Below are positions 23,221 to 35,924 of a stretch of 64,000 bases of DNA, piece after piece. Below the pieces are notes generated by a model. That model had not been told where the DNA came from. It searched no databases and saw only the letters and a program-made list of their open reading frames with translations. Where the stretch lies: contig NC_043013.1 of assembly GCF_006345805.1 (NCBI RefSeq), positions 21,452,001 through 21,516,000 on the forward strand, in the 5' to 3' direction. Positions within the stretch are counted from its first letter, which is position 1. Every line of letters begins with the position of its first letter. The translations under genes and the position numbers were made by a program. Origin of the DNA: Octopus sinensis (lineage: Eukaryota).

Positions 23221-25688
23221 TGTTTTTTGTTTTTGTTTTCACAGCTTATTCCAGCCAACACGACTAAGTCCATGCTGGAGCACCACCACCCCCAAAGTTG
23301 AATATCCTATATACATTTATAGTTAGCTTGGTTATATATCCACGACTTCAATGTTTTCGCTGGATTTCGTTTTTTTTTTTTTCTCTCGGTTTCCACCAAC
23401 GATAAACATCGTTGGCGGATCAAATTATGTTTGTCTAAGAGTGACAGTGGAGGTGAGGCTGGTGGAGGAAATAAAATATCGACCTTTTTTTTTTTTTTGA
23501 AGCAGTGCCAATGATGGGTTGATGTAGTGTGGTGGAGGTGGGTGGTAAGATAGTCTTGAAATGGTGGTTGTTTATGTACCGTGTAGTGTAATATGAAGGC
23601 CTTTTAAATCTACTTTCAGTAGGTTTAGAACCCTTAAGAACCGGCAGTAGGTACCATAAATGCAAAATAAAATGGAAAAGCTGCCCGACGAACAGTCGCG
23701 TGAGACTCTGAGAAAAACAGCTTGTGAAGATTTTTTTCCGGCTTTAATAGTGTGTGTGTGTGTGTATGTGTGTGTGTGTGAATTGGTGAAAGTATTTGCA
23801 TTTACGGCAGCCAATACCTAGAGTTTTTATGTATTTTATCAGAAGCTGAAACTTCTTGAATCGTTTACTCTGAGTTTGAAATTACAAATCAATGAAACGA
23901 TTGATGTCGAGATGTAAAAGTTACGATTTATTAGCGAAATTATTCTTAAGCGCATTAAAGTACGATTTGTCATCGAGTTTCGATTGGTTGCAAAATGCTG
24001 TTAGAATCAATTATCAGACACGGAATATGTGATCATTCATCTATTCATTTGCAAATCTACTTGATCGTGGGTATCCAGTATCATATTTACAGCACACAAA
24101 TCAGCAAGAAAAGCAGTTTTTCTAATGAAGGTTTTAGTGCTGATAAATTATAGAATTTTTTTCCTGAGTATGGAAACTTAATTAAATAAGAAATAAATTG
24201 TTTTAACCGGCTAAAAAAGCATTATAAATGACTGCAAATATTCACCAGTTGCCATCTTATCTCAGTTTCAAAAAGCTAAAATAGGATGTAATGTTTCTCC
24301 CAGGGACATAGATTACACTTTCTGACATCATTAATGTTGGGAGATGCGTGTTGTATAGTGAACTAATCAGACTTACTATTTATTGTTAATGTGTTAATGT
24401 TGTCATTCTAGATACATTTGGCGAGTGATGTGGTGAGATGGAATTTTTTTTAAGTAAGATTCAGCAAACCTTTAATTATTTGACCGTGATTTGCGCGACA
24501 AACCTTAAGTAAGCTAAAGCTTTAGAGAAACATATACCCCTAAGGGGTATGATATGACAGTTGCTACAGTTACAGAGATGAGGTGAGTTTTGCTTGTTCG
24601 CTATGTAATATGTTTTGACAGTTGGATAATATTTTTTAACTGCTCTTTTTCCTTATTTTGAGGAGATGCATTTAAAACTTATGAAGCCGAACTTGTATTC
24701 CTTTGTGATAGCAACACCAAAGACATATGCCTTCCATCTTAAATTCATAAGGAAATTTTCGAGTTTTTTTTTTTTTTTTTTTTCACTTAATCGTTCAATA
24801 GATACTTTGGTGGATCAGAAAATTCATTGCAGAAAATTTCAGGGCATCTTTTTCCCACTGTGTGCTTTTGTAGCTGTCTCTAGACAGTTTTCGACCAATT
24901 TTATTCGTCTGCAAACTAAGAAAGTACTTTAATACATAGTTTGTATGTTTTATTACAAGCTAAAACGTCATGATTCGTAACTCAGAATTTTGCGTATACG
25001 ATTATTCGAACGGAAGGAGCGTGACAATATATAAGCAAAAATATTCGCGTCATATATTACAGTGCAGTTACGAACATTTGACTGAGGAGGATTATATACG
25101 AAAATATTCCTGCCATGCCCATCTCATGTCTCTCTTAGAAATTGCGGGGATAAAAGTCTATTACCCGATATTTCTGTCCCGTTTTATGACGATGGGGTGT
25201 GATTTCAAGAAGAGATGGCTCCTATCTCTAACAGGTCAGCCGACAATTTGAAGTACTGCTTTGACAATACAGTACAAGATATAATCAAGTTCAAATAAAT
25301 CTAGGAAGCAAATTGTGTTTACGCGTGATGAATATTTTGATGGAAAATAATCCGCCAAGTCTGCTGTTTCAAAATACGTGAATATAAATAATATTTGTAG
25401 TGTTTACTCCAGAGTAACCCTTCAGATAGATGGCGTTTGACGTTCAGAAAAACAAAATGTATAAGGAAGTAATATCTTCAAAATGTTTCCATGCTACATG
25501 TGTGGCTCACTAGTCCAGTACTTTTAGCAGTTTATTTGAGAACTAACTTGCTTTTATTATCGCCGGTCCGGCATAGTAAGCAGTTTAAGTGACAGCCTGC
25601 TTGTTAGTTTATAGTATCGAATTCAAATTCATTTCATGATAGTTTAATCTCGCGTTTGCTATGCAAAATAGAACTAAAGTAGGAAGCA

Positions 25689-25915
25689 TACCTATTTCTT
25701 TACTGCCCACAAGAGGCTAAACACGGAGAGGACAAACAAGGACAGACAAACGGATAAAGTCGATTATATCGACCCCAGTCCGTAACTGGTACTTATTTAA
25801 TCGACCCCGAAAGGATGAAAGGCAAAGTCGACCTCGATAGAATTTGAACTCAGAACGTAACGGCAGACGAAATACGGCTACGCATTTTGCCCGGCATGCT
25901 AACGTCTCTGCCATA
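25689..25915 (-). mobile_element. SINE family B, single-unit copy
   Basis: Reverse complement of head, core and the ...GTAAAGAAATAGGT end. Confidence 0.9.
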
Positions 25916-26114
25916 CCGTCACGTGGTTCCAACGTCATTTATATTGATGGTTGAGACGTCGACCGAACCTCAACAAAGCAACTTAACCTTCAAGGAAAAA
26001 GTAACCGTATTTGCCACAAATCAAAAGTCACCATCTTAAACAAAGATTGACACACGGTTACAATATGTTAGACACATATGGAGTGACTGGTGACCTCCCA
26101 TGACATCACAAAAC

Positions 26115-26297
26115 CAGTGGTTCTCGACCGGAGTTTATATGACTCCTGGGGCCCACATACGCAAAACAGTAAATTGGGGATCTGAAGAAGTATTTTTAAG
26201 GGCTCACGAAAAAAAAAATTTGCTTTACCTGTTTTTATGGCAAGAAACAGCTCAACTTCTTTATCTAACGTTGATGGTTGTATAAACCATGTATAAC

Positions 26298-26351
<54 letters not shown>

Positions 26352-26476
26352 ATGATTCTTTATCTAACGTTTTACATAATTCAGACTACACAAGCTAATG
26401 TGTGAACAACAAAATAGGAATTTACCTGTAAAATTAGTTTTTAAATTTCGAGTGGCAATGAGGTCCAGAGTCACTG
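26115..26476. mobile_element. Degenerate hAT (Charlie-like) MITE
   Basis: Left end CAGTGGTTCTCGACC and a decayed right end ...agagtCACTG; no matching 8-bp TSD. Confidence 0.5.
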
Positions 26477-27239
26477 GTTAACTCATGTGATATCACTAGC
26501 CAGTGCCATATCAAGTAACTGGCCATTTTCTAAGATATCACTAACCCATGTGACCCAGTCTCCTATCAAGCTGAGATGACGTCATTCATTATTCTATGAC
26601 GTTTTTATACAGGATTGGCTCAAAGCATGACTTAACGTTCAGCTCATTGATATTCACGTCTCATTTACAGTTGTTCACCAATCACAACCCATATTGACTT
26701 TTGGCGCCAAGCATTGAAACTCTGTGAGCTTCAGTTTGCTGTTCCTAAAACTATAAATCCCAATTATTTGTTCCCTGCTAGTGGCGATCAGATGGCAGGC
26801 TAACGAATCCACGTCTCTTTATCCATTCGTCTCTCTTTCTCCTGCCTCCATTTTATTTCTTAATGTTTAAGAAAGCAGGCTTTCAGATGTATTATACACG
26901 CTACATTAGTGAATAATTTCTTTTAAACAGTGGGACTTCACAAAAATATAATACATTTAAACTATTCTTCCCTACATTCCGGTGTCCGTCTAGCTGGTGA
27001 GATCAAACGTAGCTGGCGTGGCTTCGGGGAAAGAACAGTTTGATTGTCCAAAGACAGGATGGTAGCTGTAGACACTTGTTTCTGCTCTATTAGATGTCTC
27101 CTTAATATCAGCAGGCGAGATGTATGTGGAGAGAAAAGAGCTTCCGTTGGTTATATTCGCAGGAAGACGAAATACAAGAAGTGAAGTGTTCTGATTTTCA
27201 TGTGCAAACAAACTTTATGTTTAGTAGACATACAAACAC

Positions 27240-27850
27240 TCTCTCTCTCTCTCTCTATCTATCTCTCTTTCTCTCTCTCTCCGTCCATCACTCTCTCTCT
27301 CTCTCTCTCTTTCTCTTTCTCAAACGCATGCACACACATACATACATGCATGCACATTCATGCACACATACACATGCATACATAAACACATACATACATA
27401 CAAACATGCATGCATACATAAACATATATACACATACATGCATGCATACATACATGCATACACACTTGCATACATACATACAAACATGCATGCATACATA
27501 CATACTTGCATACATACATATATACATGCATGCATACATACATACATGCATACTTACATATATATATATATACATACTTACATACATATATATATGCATG
27601 CATACTTACATATATATATATACATACTTACATACATATATATATATACATACTTACATACATATATATATATATACATACATACATGCATACAAACATG
27701 CATGCATACAAACATACATGCATACAAACATGCATGTATACATACATACATGCATGCATACATACATACATACATACATACATACATGCATGCATGTACA
27801 CATACATGCATGCATGTACACATACATGCATGCATGCACATACATACAGA
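27240..27850. repeat. Compound (CT)n + (CATA/CATG)n microsatellite
   Basis: Directly visible; source of about 10 spurious H/T/Y/M/C ORFs. Confidence 0.95.
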
Positions 27851-28685
27851 TTTGTGAAAACCAGTTGCCCGCTGGAAAAATACAAGAGAAAGAGAACATC
27901 TTATGAACCGTTGACAAGGAGTTTGTAAATCCACTCCCAAAAATACACTTTCTGTTTCATACCCAAATTAATGGACTTTTTTACTCATATACGTACAAAA
28001 AAAAAAAGGAGAATATTTTCCATTTTATTAAATTAAACAAATGACAGAAAAACTAAAATTTTCCGCCTGAAATATTACGCCTCTGTAAACTAATGTTGTG
28101 GCATTTTAAATAACCATCCTTTAAGGGAGGCAATTCATGAACTTTAATTTTACAGTTACCTCCCTTTATGATTTGATTAATGTGTTTTTTTTTGTTTTTC
28201 GATACATTCGCCCTGATCCAATAAATCCACGACCAGAAACGTCCTGGACGTGGCTATTAGCTTTTCCAGTGTTTTCTATACATATAGGACCACATTTCTA
28301 ATGCGTCTTCCCTTTTAGAAATGGAATATCTTTTAACCGAGCTTCTGTTTCTAAGTGGGTGGCTGCGCCCCGCTGGACTTTCTCGATGTCACTCCTACGA
28401 CAAATTTCATAATTACATTGAACGCCTGATGATGAGTCATGTCTCATACGGCCCGCTTCTTGGAAAAGGTTACCCATACCTGATGTAGCTACTCTCTCAT
28501 TGAATCGTAAATGGCTGTTTAGCTTCAAATCTTACCTGATATCATCAAAGGCGTTACATCCATGACCGTCCAATCTTAGTTGCAGCCATTATATCTAAAT
28601 ATATGGCGAAATCACAATATACTTTGTCCTCTGATCATTTTCAGTTCATCTATATAATCAGACAGCCACGGTCTACATATAAGAT

Positions 28686-29790
28686 TATATGGTTGGCAAC
28701 TAAGATCCCACCGTTTTTTAAACTTTGGAATCTATTTTTTTCGAGAATTCTATTTTTGAATCATTTTGGAATCTATTTAGTTTTTTGTTTGTTTTGGGTT
28801 TTTTCTTGTTAATTTTAGTTAATTTTTGTTTATTTTCAGATCATTAATATGGAATGTCAAGTTAAGAAAAACGAGCATTTTCGACACCTTTTTGCTTTTA
28901 ATCAAGGTTCTAAGGCCGCAAAAGCTGCTCGCGATATTTTGTATGGAGAGGATGCCATAGCTAAAAAAACTTCTTGTGATTGGTATACCAAGTTCAAAAA
29001 TGGAAATTTTGACCTCAAAGACGCACCTTTTTTTGACCGTCCAGTTGAGTTCGATGAAGAGTGATTAAATCAACTTTAGCACGAAAATTCTCGTCAAACG
29101 ACAAGGGAACTGGCAGAAAAACGGAATGCTCCCACATTGCTACAGAGAAGCATCTTCACTCGATGGGAAAGGTTCAGAAGTATGGAGTACGGGTTCCGCC
29201 TGCTTTAAGTGACAACAACAAAAATCACCGCTCAACTCATGGACACAAGCAACGATTTCTTTACCGAATCGTTACTGGCGACGAAAAATGGTGGCTGTAC
29301 ATCAATATGAAGCAGCGTCAGGAATGGCTTAGCCCCGGTAAACAAGCGATACCGCGCGTGAAACAAGATCTTCATCCGCGTAAAACGACGTTGTGCGTAT
29401 GGTGGGACTGGGAAGGGATTATCCATTACAAATTGCTTGAACAGAACCAAACGGTCAACGCAGAACTATGTTCAACAGATGGAACGACTCAACACGGCTA
29501 TTGAAGAGAAAAGACCTAATCGTCAGCATGGAGTTCTGCTGCTGCACGACAACGCTCGCCCGCATATTGCTAATATGACCAAAGAAGCCATTCAAACGCA
29601 TGGCCTGAGAAGTGCTGCCACACCCGCCGTACGCACCAGCGGATTTCCACCTCTTTCGATCTCTTTCAAATGCTATGCGCGGAGTTTCGTTCAATACTGA
29701 TGCAGGATTGAGAGCTTAGTTGGATCGATTTTTCGAGTCGAAATTGGGTGATTTCTACCAATGAGGTATTGAAAATCTTGCTGAAAGTCT
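28686..29790 (+). mobile_element. Mariner (DD34D) transposon, frameshifted and 3'-truncated
   Basis: Left TIR-like TATGGTTGGCAACTAAG; HTH N-terminus (ORF 28849-29064); RIVTGDEKW, VWWDWEG, LLHDNARPH and a partly deleted HPPY..AP.DFHLF motif. No right TIR seen. Confidence 0.9.
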
Positions 29791-29877
29791 TCTAAGCAAT
29801 TCTAAACAGTCACTGAATCTCTGTTACTGACTATTAAAAATACAGTATAAGCAAAGCCATAGAGCACAGTTAGTATA

Positions 29878-30240
29878 TCATCATCATCGTTTAACGTCCG
29901 TTTTTCATGCTGGCATGGGTTGGACAGTTCAACCGGGGTCTGGGAAGCCAGGAGGCTGCACCAGGCTCCAGTCTGATCTGGCAGTGTTTCTACAGCTGGA
30001 TGCCCTTCCTAACGCCAACCACTCCATGAGTGTAGTGGGTGCTTTTTACATGCCACCGGCACAGAAACTAGTCAAGGCGACGCTGGCATCGGCCACGTAC
30101 GGATGGTGCTTTTTACGTGCCACCGGCATAGGTGCCAGGGGAAGCTGGCAACGGCCACGAACGGTTGGTGCTTTTTACGTGCCACCGGCACGGAAGCCAG
30201 TCAAGGCAGCGCTGGCATCGGCCACGTATAGATGGTTATG
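29878..30240 (-). mobile_element. RTE LINE 3' end with hairpin modules and (GAT)n tail
   Basis: Reverse complement of GGAAGGGCATCCAGCTGTAGAAAC...CCCATGC.AGCATG.AAA.CGGACGTTAAACGATGATGA. Confidence 0.85.
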
Positions 30241-30640
30241 ACCATGAATATAAAAATTACATTCTGAAGGAACAAAAATGTGAAAGAAGCCCTACGTGTA
30301 TATGTGTGTATCATTGCGTTTGTCACCATCGGCACTTGCCAACCGGTGTTAGTTTGTTTACATTCCTGTAACCTAACAGTTCAGCAAAAGACGCTGACAG
30401 AATGAATACCAAAGTTAAAAATAAGTACAGGGATCGATTTGTTCAACTAAACCCTTCAAGATGATGCCCCAGCATGACCGCAGTTCAACGACTGAAAACA
30501 AAGAAAAAGTCAAGTACCAAATCCAAACGAATTTTCTTCCATGATTTATAAACTGTCCGGTTGCTACAGACGTGTGATGTTTTGCTTTGATGAAATTACA
30601 AAATGGCAAAAATATAATGAGATATGTTTATTTTCACTAG

Positions 30641-30667
30641 TTATTCTGATTACCAAAATGTAATTAT
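30641..30667 (+). other. Candidate 27-nt micro-exon (tYSDYQNVI)
   Basis: Acceptor tttattttcactag and donor gtaaga; no homology recognised. Confidence 0.2.
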
Positions 30668-31361
30668 GTAAGATTTAAAGCTGTTTGTCCAGAATACCAT
30701 CAATTTGAACATTACGTCACTATGTTACGGTACCATACCTAAGTTACTGTCTCTCTCTATATTATCTCATCATGATGTCTCCTTAACAACCCTAACCAAA
30801 GACTGATATCTTATCCTAAATGAAGCAATGAGGCAGCTACTATGAGATCAATTAAACTGCTAGAAACAATAGCCAAATCTCTCAAATCACATCCTACCAT
30901 CTCAGAAAAAGAAATGTCAGATTTTGTAGTCTGACACACACACATATATATATATATATACTTTCAGGGTGGTCATGACTGCAACGTCTTAGTCTATGTC
31001 AGTGGAATCAAAACTGAGCTGCAGCTACACAACTTCAATCTCAATAATTAGTTCATTCTTTTTAACGCCACGCTTTTCCATAAAGGCATGGGTTGGAAGA
31101 CGCTTGTTGAGAATGTAGTATTCAACAGCCAAATGTCCTTAATGATGCCAACCCTTGTTTTTAATGAAGGAATTTTGTTTCACTGGTCTTCATACATGGA
31201 ACAGAGGGACATACAGCTTGTGTAGGACATAAACAAACATCACCGCTCTCCAAGAAGTGTCAATGGTAAGAAACGTTCAGAGACAATAACAACACACACA
31301 CACACATTCATCATCATCCTCATTTAACATCCACTTTCCATGCTAGCATGATATATATATA

Positions 31362-31402
<41 letters not shown>

Positions 31403-31404
31403 GT

Positions 31405-31760
31405 ATACTTGTGTGTGTGGTAAGAAGCTTAGTTCTCAACCAGACAGTTTGGGGTTCAGTTCCACTGCATAGCACCTTGGGCAAGTGTCTGCTAGCCTCA
31501 GGCTGACCAAAGCCTTGTGAGTGGATTTGGTAGATGGAAACTAAAAGAAACCTGTTGTATATGTGTGTGTGTCTTTGTGTCTGTGTTCGTCTACCACCAC
31601 CATTTAACCTGTAATTTAGCAGTTTGGCAAAAGAGACCAATGAAATAAGTAATAAAAAAAATGTATGTCCTGGAGTTGATTTGGTATGACTAAAACCCTT
31701 CAAGGCAGTGCCCCAGCATGGCCACAGTCGAGATAACTGAAGCAAGTAACAGATAAAAGA
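31405..31760 (+). mobile_element. SINE family C
   Basis: Head, CORE-like block and tail present. Confidence 0.85.
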
Positions 31761-31829
31761 TATATACAGACACACACATATTCAGCAGACTCCTGTAGTT
31801 TCATCTTCAAAATTTTACTCACAAAACAT

Positions 31830-32228
31830 CCTTTTCTACTCTGGGCACAAAGCCTGAAATTTTATGGGAGGGTGGCTAGTCAATTAGATTGACCCCAGTA
31901 AGTAATTGGTACTTAATTTATCGACCCCTAAAGGATGAAAGGTAAAGTCTACCTTGGCGGAATTGGAACTCAGAACATAAAGACTGACGAAATACCTATT
32001 TCTTTACTACCCCCAAGGGGCTAAACACGGAGAGGACAAACAAGGACAGACAAACGGATTAAGTCGATTACATCGACCCCAGTGCGTAACTGGTACTTAT
32101 TTAATCGACCCCGAAAGGATGAAAGGCAAAGTCGACCTCGGCGGAATTTGAACTCAGAACGTAAGGGCAGACGAAATACCGGTAAGCATTTCGTCCGGTG
32201 TGCTAACGTTTCTGCCAGCTCACCGCCT
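31830..32228 (-). mobile_element. SINE family B, two-unit copy
   Basis: 184-bp unit repeat (gaaatac at 31989 and 32173). Confidence 0.9.
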
Positions 32229-32914
32229 CACAAAACATTAATTAACCTGAGGTAATAAAGGAAGACTCTTACCTAAAATGCTATGCAGTGAGATCGAACG
32301 TGGAATCACATGGATGAAATTAAAACATTAAGACATCTTGAAACTGATAATCCTTTCTACTATAAGCATAAGGCCAGAAATTTGGGAGTGGTGGGGGTGT
32401 AATTATTTTATAGATCCCATTAGAAATGAAAGGCAAAGTCAGCCTCGGCAGGATTTGAACTCAGAATGTGAAGAAAGATGAAATGCCACTAAGCATTTTG
32501 CCCAGCATGCCAACTTATCTTGAAACTATAATATAATGATCTCTTTTGATTGAGTACAAGATTAATTATCTATGGAGAGAACATAGATCTAATTAAATTG
32601 ACTAAAGTATATTGTATTTATTTTATCAATCACAGAAAGAAGAAAAGCCAGCATGAAATTAGAATTACAGCTTTGAACCAAGAAGGACGGAACTCTACAG
32701 ATTTGACCATCCACTCTGACCTTAAGACTATACTGATAAATATATCTTTTTACAAGTTTATACGAAATTATTTCCATACAGTCTTACTTATTTCTCCTGA
32801 AAATACCAGTCACTGAAGATTTCACTAGGAATGTTTTGCATAAAATCATTTGAACCAAACTATATAAATTATAAATTTCTATTAATATTTATCCTTTTTC
32901 CATTTCTCTTTTAG

Positions 32915-32976
32915 GAAATGACGTTGCAGCTTATTCTAAGTCCCAGCTGAAGATAATTTCAAGTATCAATTTACTT
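32915..32976 (+). other. Candidate plus-strand exon (GNDVAAYSKSQLKIISSINLL)
   Basis: Long pyrimidine tract plus AG, GTGAGT donor, one open frame; could join 33097-33135 (VATATLQVRFFS*). Confidence 0.3.
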
Positions 32977-33259
32977 GTGAGTATTCAAGAAATTAAGAAA
33001 AATTCAATTTTTTTAAGGAAACACAAATAAATAAACAAAACTTGAGAATTAAGAAATGATAAAAAAAAAAAGCAGTCTTTAAAAACTTCCAGTCAGGTTG
33101 CCACAGCAACCTTGCAAGTGAGGTTCTTCTCTTGATGTCGAGGTGGTGGGCCATTGGTGAATCCAGCAATCACGTGACAGCTTCAGCAACCAATGAGCTG
33201 TTCACCTTGTTCAACCAGAGGTGAATGGAGATCATTAGAATGAGGTTCATCAAAAACTT

Positions 33260-33460
33260 TCATTTCTGTTTCTGTTGTTTGCCATAGATGTTGTCTAATG
33301 TGAGTCCTGTAAATACCAATATGGTGCCAATCCACTGGCGCTGGGATAATGGGTTTTGAAATATAATTACTGATGTGAGAATGGTGAAGAATTTTCGTGT
33401 TGTGGTTAGAATTGAACAAGTGAGAGGCCCAAATTTGGACACAGTTAGGAAAATGAACGT
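33260..33460 (-). CDS. SLC35B1: SLC35B1 exon 7 (last coding exon)
   Basis: ctttcag acceptor; [66 protein letters not shown]; 201 nt; C-terminal lysines resemble an ER-retrieval motif. Confidence 0.95.
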   Translation of the reverse strand, partial: TFIFLTVSKFGPLTCSILTTTRKFFTILTSVIIFQNPLSQRQWIGTILVFTGLTLDNIYGKQQKQK

Positions 33461-33499
33461 CTGAAAGAGATAAAAATAATGAAAATTAATTCCAATAAA

Positions 33500-34082
33500 G
33501 TCATTAAGAGTGGAAGCAAAGTGAGGATGAGATGCAGGAAGACAAACTTTGAGCCTTACAAAGGAGATGACAGAGGGCCAGGATATGTGTGCATTGCTGT
33601 ATTTGAGAAGACCTGCCCACCACAGCAGAATTGAGATCCTGAAACCAAGGTGCTACATAAAAAGCGTTGGTGTGGGTGTTAATAAAAAACACTGGTGACA
33701 CCGTTTTGACCCTGTGCTTGAGGAGACCTATTGAGTCAAGTACATCAACATCAAAAATCAATGGAAATTGTAGTTGTGATCCCTGTGCCGGTGGCATGTA
33801 AAAAGCACCATCTGAACGTGGCCGATGCCAGCGCCACCTTGACTGGCTTCCATGTTGGTGGCACGTAAACAGCACCAACCGATCGTGGCCGTTGCCAGCC
33901 TCGCCTGGCACGTAAAAAGCACCCACTACACTCACAGAGTGATTGGCATTAGGAAGGGCATCCAGCTGTAGAAACACTGCCAGATCAGGCTGGAGCCTGC
34001 TGCAGCTTCCTGGCTTCCCAGACCCCAGTCGAACCGTCCAACCCATGCTAGCATGGAAAACGGACATTAAACGATTATGATG
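33500..34082 (+). mobile_element. RTE LINE 3' fragment (ORF end, modular 3'UTR, tail) in SLC35B1 intron 6
   Basis: LSLTKEMT...AV.EKT ORF end, repeated GGCACGTAAAAAGCACC modules and a GATGATG tail. Confidence 0.85.
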
Positions 34083-34625
34083 TCGACATCACTAAAAAAT
34101 GAAGTATTTGATCAAAATACTGCTCGTCTAGATCTGACTTGGAGCCAAGCAACAGGTTTCATTTGATGACACCAGGATAAGACACCTGGAGATTAAACAT
34201 CATGGCCTGGAGATTTATTTATCCCAACAGTTAGGAGGACTGGGCTGTATAGATTATGCACATATTATCCAAATATACAGTGAAACACCCACATGCAACT
34301 TGAACTCACAGCCTCTGAGTTGGAAATCAAAGAACTCAGACATCTTTCCTCAAAATGGAAATGAAAAGATGAAAATAATTTACACAAAATCCCAATTCCA
34401 TGAAGCTGCAAACGTTGCTTTCAAATTTTGGCACAAGGCCAGCAATTTCATGGGAGTGACTAAGTCAACTGAATGGACCCCAGTGCTCAACTGATATTAA
34501 GCAATTCTGCCTGGCACGATAGCAATTCTGCCAGCTCACCCCCCATCAGTGAAGCTACAGATATTAGAGACTGAAACAAAAGAAATCTCTCAGTGAAGAA
34601 TGGAAGAAAAGTTGCCAAAAGTTAC

Positions 34626-34732
34626 CTGTCCTAAAGCACTGGCAATACCAAAGGCAAATATTCCAAGGAGGACACTAGGATGGCGAGAGGTAAAGCTTAT
34701 GAATTCAATTCCTTCACCAGTAAAAATTAATC
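34626..34732 (-). CDS. SLC35B1: SLC35B1 exon 6
   Basis: AG|(G)LIFTGEGIEFISFTSRHPSVLLGIFAFGIASALGQ|GTAAC; 107 nt; phase 1 to 0. Confidence 0.95.
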
Positions 34733-34962
34733 CTGAAAAATAAACAGAAACATGAACTTAAAAAGATGGAATTAAAGTAAAAATAATTCTCAAATATAAT
34801 CAATACCAAGAGATCTTTTACAATACAAAACTGTAGGTTGATGCAGCTTCTACTGGTCTTGTCTTCATGAGCTCTGCTGGATGAGAAATACAGAAATAGC
34901 TCTAAGAGAGGGCCCACCAATCACTTACACAGAATATACCACATTATCAAATTCGATGACTG

Positions 34963-35475
34963 GCATCCATGCTAGCGGGGTGCAAAGAGCACCATATGAG
35001 TGTGATCGTTTGACAGAGCGGCTAACCGGCTTCCGTGCCAGTGGCACATAAAAGGGCACCATTCGAGTGTGATCATTACCAGCATCGCCTTAATGGCACT
35101 TGAGCCCCGTGCTAGTAGGGTCCCAAGAGCACCATTCGAGTGTGATCGTTACCAGGGCAGCCAACTGGCGTCCGTGCCGGTGGCACGTAAAAGACACCAT
35201 TCGAATGTGATCGTTACCAACGTCGCCTTACTGACACCTGTGCTGGTGGCATGTGTAAAAAGATTCGAGTGAGGTCATTGCCAGTACTGCCTGACTGGCC
35301 CCCGTGCCGGTGGCACGTAAAATGCACCCACTACACTCTCAGAGTGGGTTGGACGATTTGACTGAGGATTGGCGAACCAGATGGCTGCACCAGGCTCCAG
35401 TCTGATCTGGCAGTGTTTCTACAGCTGGATGCCCTTCCTAACGACAACCACTCCGTGAGTGTAGTGGGTGCTTTT
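34963..35475. mobile_element. RTE 3'UTR hairpin-module array fused tail-to-tail with an inverted RTE tail
   Basis: About 5 modules (ACCATTCGAGTGTGATCG...GTGCCGGTGGCACGTAAAA) on the plus strand, then a reverse-complement tail from ~35345. Confidence 0.8.
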
Positions 35476-35642
35476 TCTTTCTGGGACATCCTGTATATAT
35501 AACATTACAATTAGCATCTTCATCATTTAACATCGTCCATGTTCCATGCAGCCATGGGTTGGACCATATAATTAATGGATGGATGCATGCATGTATGTAT
35601 GTATGTAATAAAATGTAAGCTCTCCAAAATGAAATAACTCAC

Positions 35643-35769
35643 CAAATAGCAGCCAAAGAACTGAGAAAGCATTCATAAAAAACATCATGTTATGTGCATT
35701 GGTTGGTGCCTTTGCCCTCATTTTATCTTGGATTGCTCCGGTCAGTCCATCCATGGTCAAAGAAATCAG
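35643..35769 (-). CDS. SLC35B1: SLC35B1 exon 5
   Basis: AG|LISLTMDGLTGAIQDKMRAKAPTNAHNMMFFMNAFSVLWLLF(G)|GTGAG; 127 nt. Confidence 0.95.
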
Positions 35770-35924
35770 CTGTAAAAGGAATAACAAAAGTCTCTCATCA
35801 GATTAGTTCAGTTGTTTGAGGTCGAAGTGTGGTATTTTCATAACCAAATCCCCAAAACTTTACACAAGTATCCGTTTAAAAAAAAAGGAAACGTATCCAG
35901 ACTACGAATTCTAGGTTTAAAACT

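Noticed and set aside
27124-27940. Many overlapping long ORFs (also at 22454-23273, 48951-49718, 55942-56544, 17643-17949, 1384-1759)
   Set aside because: They are translations of microsatellites that lack stop codons; no domain content.
28420-28460. CTGATGA followed by a TGAG/CTCA hairpin
   Set aside because: No GAAA after the stem.
28298-28528. 76-aa minus-strand ORF with DIEKVQRG, resembling a CR1 RT C-terminal motif or an exon
   Set aside because: The similarity is limited to a few residues and no consistent splice chain was found.
30641-30745. Selenoprotein exon with in-frame TGA (LF*LPKCNYVRFKAVCPEYHQFEH)
   Set aside because: No recognisable selenoprotein motif or SECIS; a different frame gives a simpler micro-exon; no support.
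34963-35335. CRISPR-like array of hairpin repeats
   Set aside because: The inter-repeat sequences are homologous to one another, the context is a eukaryotic RTE 3'UTR, and there are no cas genes.
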